Positions 7,751 to 13,331 of a stretch of DNA of 13,331 nt are shown here, piece after piece; the first letter of the stretch is position 1, and the number at the start of each line of letters is the position of its first letter. Made by a program: the position numbers and the translations under genes. Source of the DNA: Candidatus Krumholzibacteriota bacterium (lineage in GTDB: Bacteria; Krumholzibacteriota; Krumholzibacteriia; LZORAL124-64-63); assembly GCA_039714075.1 (NCBI GenBank), contig JBDLKA010000090.1, forward strand, positions 1 through 13,331, in the 5' to 3' direction. Below the pieces are notes generated by a model. It did no database searches, was not told where the DNA came from, and was given only the letters and a program-made list of their open reading frames with translations.

Positions 7751-8551
7751 ATGATTTGCAGGATTTGTTCCAACGGCAAGGGTTTGAAGGTGGTCCTGGT
7801 GCAGAAGGGGCAGTACGTCCACTGTCCCATGTGCCGTTGTCTGTTCGTCGATCCCTTTCCCGGGCAGGAATCCAATCTCGCCTTCAAGGGCGCCGAAACC
7901 GTGGAGCGCCTGGAACGGGAGGACGGCCGGCGCCGGGACTATTTCATCAGGCGCCTTGTCCGGTTGGAACAGCGCATGGGGGGTACCTACCGGGGGGGGC
8001 GGCTGCTGGAGATCGGCTGCGGCACGGGGATCCTTCTGCGCGAGGCGAGGCAGCGGGGCTGGCTGGCCGATGCGGTGGAACTGTCCGCCGAAATGGCGGC
8101 CAGGGCTCGCGCGAACAATCCCGAAGCGAATGTCATCACCGGGGACATCCTGACCCTGGAACCGGAGGGGCAGGCTTTCGATGCGATCATCGCCCTTGAT
8201 GTTCTCGAACACGTGCTGTCGCCCATGACCATGGTGGAAAACTGCCGGGAGCTGCTTCGCCCCGGCGGACTGTTGCTGATTCAGACCCCGAACACGCGTT
8301 CGCTGCGGAGCCGCTTCCAGGGCGCGAAGTGGGACATGCTGGATCCCGACCAGCACCTGAATCTCTTCTCGCCCGACGCGCTCCGGGTCCTGTTGACGAC
8401 GGTCGGCTTTGAAATCCTGGAGATGACCACGGCCAGTGGGACGGGCCTGGAAAAGGGAGCTTCGGGCTGGGTGGCCAAGGCCAAGGAAAACCTGCTGGGA
8501 TTGCTCGATCTGGGCAACGCCCTGGTGGTGGTGGCCGGAAGGCATGGATGA
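7751..8551 (+). CDS. Class I SAM-dependent methyltransferase with an N-terminal CxxC..CxxC zinc ribbon
   Basis: CRIC...CPMC; motif I LLEIGCGTG; FDAIIALDVLEHV; LRPGGLLLIQTPN; HLNLFS. Confidence 0.9.
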   Translation: MICRICSNGKGLKVVLVQKGQYVHCPMCRCLFVDPFPGQESNLAFKGAETVERLEREDGRRRDYFIRRLVRLEQRMGGTYRGGRLLEIGCGTGILLREARQRGWLADAVELSAEMAARARANNPEANVITGDILTLEPEGQAFDAIIALDVLEHVLSPMTMVENCRELLRPGGLLLIQTPNTRSLRSRFQGAKWDMLDPDQHLNLFSPDALRVLLTTVGFEILEMTTASGTGLEKGASGWVAKAKENLLGLLDLGNALVVVAGRHG

Positions 8552-8615
8552 TCACAGGGCCCGGCCGGCCACTCCGCTGGGCGGCCGGGCAACTCTCCCT
8601 GGTCGTGAAGACCGG

Positions 8616-9542
8616 TCAGCGGTTGTGGTGAGCGTCGACCTCTTCCTGCGAGAGCCCGAGGAAACGGGCGGCATTGTTGTACAGGATATCGCGCTTTTCA
8701 TCCTCGGTCAGAAAATCGAACGACTCGAGCTGTTCGAGGGACATTTCGATGCCGTGCGGCCAGACCATCTGGTCGGAACCGAACATGACCCTGTCTAGCA
8801 TGCCGAATTCTTTCGCCTTGGCCACGAATTCCCGACCGTAGTGTTTCGGCATCGGGTGCACCCACAACAGGACCCCCAGGTCCGCATGGACCTGCGGATA
8901 GGCGAGCATCAGGCGCAGCGCTTCGTTGAAGAAGATTTCCCCGGCGTGCATCAGGTAGATCTTCAGCTTCGGATATTTCACGAGGACATCTTCGATGAGC
9001 AGGGGGTTTCCCAGCACGAGACGGGCGTTCGGCGCCCCCCGATAGTTGACCTCGGGAGGCCCGCCGCCGGTGTGGATGGCCACGGGAATTCCGTTTTCCT
9101 CGCAGATCTTCAGGTACGGATCGAAGAACGGATCGGCCAGAGTTTTTCCGTGGTAGTAGGCACCGATCTCGCCGAAGACATCGATTTTCCCTTCCTTGAC
9201 GAGCTGCGCGAAGGACTCGGGCGTCCACTCCTGCCAGTCGTCGGAGCTGAAGCCACGTAGAAACCGGTGGTCTTCATCCTTGGCCATCCACTCCTCTTCG
9301 GACGACGTCGGGCCGCTGATGACGCCCATGACGATGCCGTGGCGGCGCATGATGTCATAGGTGGCGTCGAAATGGGCCTCGACCGTCGGTGGGGCCATGT
9401 TGCCGAAATGGTCGGGTGCGACGAAATAGGATCCTTCGTCGTAGCTGTGCAGGTGCATGTCGATGATCGGCAAAGGGGGTTCCTGGGCCAGTGTTTCCAG
9501 GGACACAAAGACCAACGCGACCACGGTGATAATGGATTTCAT
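8616..9542 (-). CDS. Secreted amidohydrolase (Amidohydro_2-type metal-dependent TIM barrel)
   Basis: AAGGAG RBS and signal peptide. Metal-ligand motifs IIDMHLH, FGEI, IHTGG, LMHAG and VMFGSD, with a C-terminal ILYNNAARFL. Confidence 0.92.
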   Translation of the reverse strand: MKSIITVVALVFVSLETLAQEPPLPIIDMHLHSYDEGSYFVAPDHFGNMAPPTVEAHFDATYDIMRRHGIVMGVISGPTSSEEEWMAKDEDHRFLRGFSSDDWQEWTPESFAQLVKEGKIDVFGEIGAYYHGKTLADPFFDPYLKICEENGIPVAIHTGGGPPEVNYRGAPNARLVLGNPLLIEDVLVKYPKLKIYLMHAGEIFFNEALRLMLAYPQVHADLGVLLWVHPMPKHYGREFVAKAKEFGMLDRVMFGSDQMVWPHGIEMSLEQLESFDFLTEDEKRDILYNNAARFLGLSQEEVDAHHNR

Positions 9543-9564
9543 CGGGATATACTCCTTTTTGTGG

Positions 9565-9608
9565 ATACAAGAGTTGTATAGTCTAAATTAAAGGGACGAT
9601 AATGGCAA
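9565..9608 (-). promoter_or_regulatory. Candidate sigma70 promoter of the amidohydrolase with an adjacent palindromic operator
   Basis: Minus strand: TTGCCA (9608-9603), 17-nt spacer, TAGACT (9585-9580), followed immediately by the inverted repeat ATACAA-N3-TTGTAT (9565-9579). Confidence 0.5.
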
Positions 9609-9656
9609 CGGCGTGTCTTGCCAGCAGTTCGGCCGGCACGATGAGGCATTCGACAT

Positions 9657-9840
9657 CTAATCCTGCGGCCTGTTCAGCCAGTCTGCGTAGAGTTCCGGCC
9701 GTCGATCACGCAGGAATAGACGCCTTGCGTGGGACTTTTCGCATTTGGACAGGTCCACAGACGAAGCTCTCACCAGAAAACGTGAGATGCTCTTTCTCAC
9801 CAACCCGATTGCACAGGGCCGTGAAATACCTGATCTGGAA
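9657..9840 (-). pseudogene. Relic 3' end of the C-N hydrolase gene: diverged second copy with a 65-nt frameshifting deletion
   Basis: Hand alignment: 9757-9840 vs 10990-11073 is 78/84 identical, and 9654-9756 vs 10822-10924 is 78/103 identical. It encodes FQIRYFTALCNRVGEKEHLTFSGESFVC, then after the frameshift VDLSKCEKSHARRLFLRDRRPELYADWLNRPQD*. There is no 5' portion. Confidence 0.9.
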
Positions 9841-10100
9841 AGGTTTTCTGATTGAATCATTTGGGGAATTTGGTTCCGCAGATTACACGCTATTAGAACT
9901 TTCAGAGATTGGGTCTATTGCTGGATAAAAAATTGTCCGGCAAATTCTTGGATAATACCGTTGTTCAAAGACAGCCCAATCATCCAATATCACATCCGTG
10001 ATAGACAGAACCCCTTGTTTCCAATACAATCTATTCATTGGATAACTGGTTTGATAGAACGTACTAATTCACTTAAGGAATCCTAGTTAAGGAGCAAAAT

Positions 10101-10679
10101 ATGATTAAATCAGCGATACTTAGCATCTGTATTTGTCTTTTGGCTGCCTCTGCGGGCGCGGAAGTTGCGGTGTTTGACCTGCAGCTAAGCGGGGCCCTAA
10201 GTGATACTTTTGAGATCGAGATTGAAGGTGCCGTTGATTCTGTTGGCCCTATTTCTTTTAGCGCCACAGGAGATGTCGAGTCTGCAATATATAGATGCAC
10301 CACCTATGACTGGGAAACTGGAGATAGTTGGTTTTGGGAAGCACCGCTCAACTATGAGCTAAACATCTTTATGGTAGAGGACGGCACAGTAGCGAGTGGA
10401 TTCTACTATTTTACCACAGACGGACATTTTGTTATCGAGAACGCACCGATCTACTGTACATCAGGTTGCGATGAGGCGCTTGCCGACGGCCGGTTGCAGG
10501 TAATTGTTGCTCCCTATCGCGACTTACCTCCCGTCGATCAATGTCCCGGCGGCACTGAGACTGTTTCAGGAGGCAACCTGAGTTTTGACAATAATATGGT
10601 GAATCTCACTATAGAGTACAATTTGGTAGTTCCGACGACACATGAGACCTGGGGTAAAGTAAAGGCGCGATATCGGTAG
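10101..10679 (+). CDS. Secreted Cys-containing hypothetical protein (192 aa) ending in TWGKVKARYR; gene-cassette-like
   Basis: TAAGGAG RBS and signal peptide ending ASAGA. Codon usage is AT-rich and atypical. The stop codon is directly followed by an attC-like site. Confidence 0.85.
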   Translation: MIKSAILSICICLLAASAGAEVAVFDLQLSGALSDTFEIEIEGAVDSVGPISFSATGDVESAIYRCTTYDWETGDSWFWEAPLNYELNIFMVEDGTVASGFYYFTTDGHFVIENAPIYCTSGCDEALADGRLQVIVAPYRDLPPVDQCPGGTETVSGGNLSFDNNMVNLTIEYNLVVPTTHETWGKVKARYR

Positions 10680-10683
10680 GGAA

Positions 10684-10778
10684 CCCTAAATGCTTGCACC
10701 TGACAATCGCGTCTGTCACGCTTCCTGCTGACGCGCGTCCCGCACCACCCACGCTTGCAGGTGAGGCCGACGTTACGG
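10684..10778 (+). mobile_element. Integron attC-like recombination site, solitary, with degenerate R''
   Basis: Reads CCCTAA-atg-CTTGCACCTGACAATCGCGT...ACGCTTGCAGGTGAGG-ccgac-GTTACGG. The arms pair as CTT(G)CACCTG(A)CAA(TC)GCGT with one mismatch, and the two unpaired bases fall at the canonical attC positions. It ends in a GTT core and starts 4 nt after the stop codon. Confidence 0.7.
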
Positions 10779-10824
10779 CTTGATTTAAGGTGTGGTCAAG
10801 CGGAGCCAATCCCAACTCAATCAT

Positions 10825-11655
10825 CTAATCATTGGGAAGGCACAACCATTCCGCGTATAGCTCAGGCCGTCGATCACGAAGGAATAACCGTCGTGCATGG
10901 GATTTTGCGCATTCGGAGAGATCCACATCGCAGTAGAGGATTTCATCCGTTCCTTCACCAGCCCGCGCCACAACTCGACCATCCGGCGAACAGACGAAGC
11001 TCTCACCAGAAAAGGTGAGATGCTCTTCCTGACCAACCCGGTTGCACAGGGCCGTGAAATACCCGTTCTGGAATGCGGCCACCTGTAATTCAGCTTCGTA
11101 CAGCCCTTCGGGCCATTCCCCCACCGAGCCGGCCTGGGGCACGACCACCAGCTCGGCGCCCGCCACGCCCAGAGCGCGCATATATTCGGGATAATGGCGG
11201 TCATAGCAGATGGCCACGCCGATTTTCCCGTACCTGGTGTCAAAAACGACAACTCCATTGTCACCCGGCGTGTAGTAGCCCTGCTCGTGGAAATACTCGT
11301 ATTCGGTGATGTGGACCATGCGCGTGGTTCCGAGGATGGTTCCATCAGCGTCGATCACCGGCGACGAGTCAAACGTAAGGCCCCCAGCAAGTTCAAAGAG
11401 ATTCAGAATAATGACAACTTCCTTGTCAATTGCCAGTTGGCCAAAGGCTTCCGTGGTGGGTCCGGGAATGGTCTCGGCCCGGGAAAGGGCTTCGGGGGTG
11501 GCCTGGACCTGCGGCAGGAACCGGTCGAAGGCCAGCTCGGCGAAGCAGATGACCTGGGCACCCTGGTCGGCCGCCCGGCGGGCAGCTTCCAGGCCCCGTT
11601 GCAGGTTGGCTTCGCGGTCAGTGGTAGCGTGCTGCTGGATCAGAGCTAGTTTCAT
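10825..11655 (-). CDS. Carbon-nitrogen hydrolase (nitrilase superfamily; N-carbamoylputrescine amidase/beta-ureidopropionase-like)
   Basis: AGGAG RBS. Motifs CFAEL (E40), FHEQGYYTPGD, IGVAICYDRHYPE (C150), CNRVGQE..FSGESFVCSPDG and FLRDRRPELY. The usual catalytic Lys position reads Met (TRMVHI). Confidence 0.92.
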   Translation of the reverse strand: MKLALIQQHATTDREANLQRGLEAARRAADQGAQVICFAELAFDRFLPQVQATPEALSRAETIPGPTTEAFGQLAIDKEVVIILNLFELAGGLTFDSSPVIDADGTILGTTRMVHITEYEYFHEQGYYTPGDNGVVVFDTRYGKIGVAICYDRHYPEYMRALGVAGAELVVVPQAGSVGEWPEGLYEAELQVAAFQNGYFTALCNRVGQEEHLTFSGESFVCSPDGRVVARAGEGTDEILYCDVDLSECAKSHARRLFLRDRRPELYAEWLCLPND

Positions 11656-11681
11656 GCTGCTCTCCTGGTTCTATTTTCCCG

Positions 11682-11702
11682 AAAATGCCCCCCGGGGGGC
11701 AT
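11682..11702 (-). terminator. GC hairpin with a short U tract in the leader of the C-N hydrolase (possible attenuator or terminator)
   Basis: Perfect 18-nt palindrome ATGCCCCCCGGGGGGCAT (11685-11702). On the minus strand it ends in a run of four Ts. Confidence 0.4.
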
Positions 11703-11801
11703 CTGTCCGGTAATTTATTTATTGGCAGTCTATTGCGGGGCCCAATGTTCCCGCAGTTATTCGTGGACAAGCGCCGAAGGCCCCGGACACACGACCAAGC
11801 C

Positions 11802-11830
11802 ATATTAGTGGGGCCAAATTGGTCCGTCAA
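11802..11830 (-). promoter_or_regulatory. Candidate sigma70 promoter toward the C-N hydrolase
   Basis: Minus strand: TTGACG (11830-11825), 17-nt spacer, TAATAT (11807-11802). Confidence 0.55.
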
Positions 11831-11848
11831 TCAGACAGGATAATCCCA

Positions 11849-11911
11849 TTGACAACGGCCGGATTTCCGGAAGAATGACAAATAGATTGTCGAAGTGACA
11901 ATAATATTGCA
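11849..11911 (+). promoter_or_regulatory. MarR gene promoter region with tandem GACAA-N5-TTG(TC/CA) palindromes (probable autoregulatory operators)
   Basis: TTGACA at 11849-11854. GACAA-ATAGA-TTGTC (11877-11891) and GACAA-TAATA-TTGCA (11897-11911) start 20 bp apart, just before the RBS. Confidence 0.6.
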
Positions 11912-11926
11912 AAGAAGGGACCGCCG

Positions 11927-12397
11927 ATGAACGCTCCCCAACCCGCCAAGGACGGACGCCGGTCCATCCTGGAATTGAACAAGCTCATTTCCGAGACCCG
12001 GGCCTTTTTCCACGATTTGGAAGAGGTTTCCCGCATCATCCTGGCCCGCCACGGCCTTTCCCCCCAGGAAAGGCGCCTGCTGATGACCCTGCGCAAACAC
12101 CGCCGGTGCACCGTACCCCAGCTGGCCCGCAAGCGCGAGGTGTCCCGCCAGTACGTCCAGGTCACGATGAACGATCTGGCCGAACGCGGCTTGGTGGCGT
12201 TCCATACCAACCCGGATCACAAACGCTCCCGCCTACTGGAACTGACCGGGGTGGGGGAAGAACTGATCCGGGCGGTCATGACGCGCGAGGGCGAAGCATT
12301 GCAGCAGGTGGCGGCCGGTCTGTCGCCGGGTGAAGCCCGCGAGGCGGTCGCGGTTCTGCACAAAGCCAGGCAGGGGCTGGCCGGAGCGGCCGGCTGA
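11927..12397 (+). CDS. MarR family transcriptional regulator
   Basis: LSPQERRLLMTL; HTH TVPQLARKREVSRQYVQVTMNDLAERGLV; wing NPDHKRSRLLELT..G. Confidence 0.93.
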   Translation: MNAPQPAKDGRRSILELNKLISETRAFFHDLEEVSRIILARHGLSPQERRLLMTLRKHRRCTVPQLARKREVSRQYVQVTMNDLAERGLVAFHTNPDHKRSRLLELTGVGEELIRAVMTREGEALQQVAAGLSPGEAREAVAVLHKARQGLAGAAG

Positions 12398-12406
12398 CCG
12401 GATCGC

Positions 12407-13330
12407 CTAGTCCGACCACTCGATGGAAAAAACGATCCCCCGGTCATTGCTGGAACTGGCTCCCGCCAAGGGTTTCGAATCACGGCTTTCGTAGTATTCC
12501 AGCTTGATGAACAGATCCTTGATGATCTCCTGGCGCGCCGAAATGCTGCCCTCGAACCGGTACCGGTCGCTAACCGTGAAACTGGGAAAGAAATCCACCT
12601 GGACCGACACGTCGGATTTGGGAGTGTCATAATAGAACAGGTTGAGGTCGGCTCCGATCCGGCCTTCGGTATTGTTCGCCGGGTCGGCGTCGGCGGTGGC
12701 CCACTCCCGGTTGATGCCCCCTCCTGCAAGAGTCCGCAATTCCAGATGGCTGCCGCGAAAAACGTAGTAGCCGAGGTTGGCACCCCCGGATACCCGCATG
12801 CGCACCCCCAGTTCGTCATTGCGGTAGGATCCTGATTCGATCATTCCGTGCAACCGGCCGTTGATTTCCCGTTCCAGCCAGAGGTCGGCCTGGTTGCGGC
12901 GGGTTATTTCACCCTCTCCCTGCTCGGTGATCATGCCGTTGAGGGAGAGTCCATAGGAATAGATCTTGCCCTTGTAATGGGCGCCCGCATCGAAATGGGA
13001 TTGGAGCACATCGCTGCCTTTGCTCCAGTTGAAGCCGAATGATACCGAAAGATTGAATCTGTCCCGCACATCGAAACGGACCGGCGCGATCTCCACGACC
13101 TCGCTCATGGGCACGGACGTGGTCCGGTCCTGGAAAATCACCATCAGATACCCGTCTTCGGTGCCTGGGGATATCTGGCCGTAGATCAGGGATCCGTTCC
13201 TCAAGCTGACCAGGAACCAGTAATTGCTGGCGACACGGGTAACCTTGTCCCACTCGATGAAAATGGTGCCCATGTGGTCGGTCTTGGCCCGCACTTTTCC
13301 CCGGACCATTTCCTTGATTTCACAGGTGAT
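12407..13330 (-). CDS. DUF481-type outer-membrane beta-barrel protein; 5' end lies beyond the right edge
   Basis: The frame stays open upstream of ATG 13309 (..ITCEIKEMVRGKVRAKTDHMGTIFIEWDKV). It has amphipathic beta strands, the motif RNDELGVRMR, and ends YYESRDSKP..NDRGIVFSIEWSD. Confidence 0.8.
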   Translation of the reverse strand: MTCEIKEMVRGKVRAKTDHMGTIFIEWDKVTRVASNYWFLVSLRNGSLIYGQISPGTEDGYLMVIFQDRTTSVPMSEVVEIAPVRFDVRDRFNLSVSFGFNWSKGSDVLQSHFDAGAHYKGKIYSYGLSLNGMITEQGEGEITRRNQADLWLEREINGRLHGMIESGSYRNDELGVRMRVSGGANLGYYVFRGSHLELRTLAGGGINREWATADADPANNTEGRIGADLNLFYYDTPKSDVSVQVDFFPSFTVSDRYRFEGSISARQEIIKDLFIKLEYYESRDSKPLAGASSSNDRGIVFSIEWSD

Positions 13331-13331
13331 G

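Larger units (their letters stand above)
9841..11073. mobile_element. Putative ~1.2 kb inserted module: AT-rich leader, cassette-like ORF, attC-like site and replacement 3' end of the C-N hydrolase
   Basis: Bounded by the duplicated hydrolase segment. GC is clearly lower than in the flanks (9841-9900 is 23/60 GC). No integrase is present in the window. Confidence 0.6.

Noticed and set aside
7134..8555. ORFs 7134..7628 (-), 7721..8545 (-) and other overlapping frames
   Set aside because: They overlap alkC and the methyltransferase, and their translations are low-information and Arg/Pro/Gly-rich.
8559..8590. 9-bp GC hairpin between the convergent methyltransferase and amidohydrolase genes
   Set aside because: It has no U tract on either strand. 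It may aid termination, but could arise by chance at this GC content.
9602..9928. ORFs 9657..9860 (-) and 9602..9928 (+) as real genes
   Set aside because: The first is a frameshift chimera of the hydrolase relic. The second is antisense to the relic and crosses the insertion junction.
9654..11073. Diversity-generating retroelement TR/VR pair as an explanation for the duplicated segment
   Set aside because: The differences are not adenine-specific and many are synonymous, and there is no reverse transcriptase in the window.
1..13331. CRISPR array, tRNA/rRNA, transposase, integrase or defence system
   Set aside because: No regularly spaced repeats, RNA-gene signatures or matching protein motifs were seen by eye.

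Overview
This is a GC-rich chromosomal window from a diderm bacterium. C-terminal (T/S)(W/I)GxxKAxYR tails on two exported proteins suggest an FCB-group candidate phylum such as Krumholzibacteriota, Latescibacterota or Eisenbacteria (inference only). Gene order: partial Na+/solute symporter (-, absent from the ORF track), a 45-aa single-TM sORF, CBM20-like/esterase fusion, secreted DUF2202 ferritin-like protein, secreted hypothetical (-), DUF4382 lipoprotein, degenerate YCII-like protein, AlkC glycosylase, Zn-ribbon SAM methyltransferase, amidohydrolase (-), a ~1.2 kb lower-GC insert, C-N hydrolase (-), MarR regulator and a partial DUF481 beta-barrel (-). The main feature is 9654-11073. There a secreted-protein gene followed by a solitary, degenerate attC-like site lies between two diverged copies of the C-N hydrolase 3' end. 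One copy is intact and the other is a frameshifted relic, which suggests the module inserted into the gene and supplied a new 3' end. No integrase, tRNA, rRNA or CRISPR array is visible. All family calls are motif recognition by eye, not database searches.
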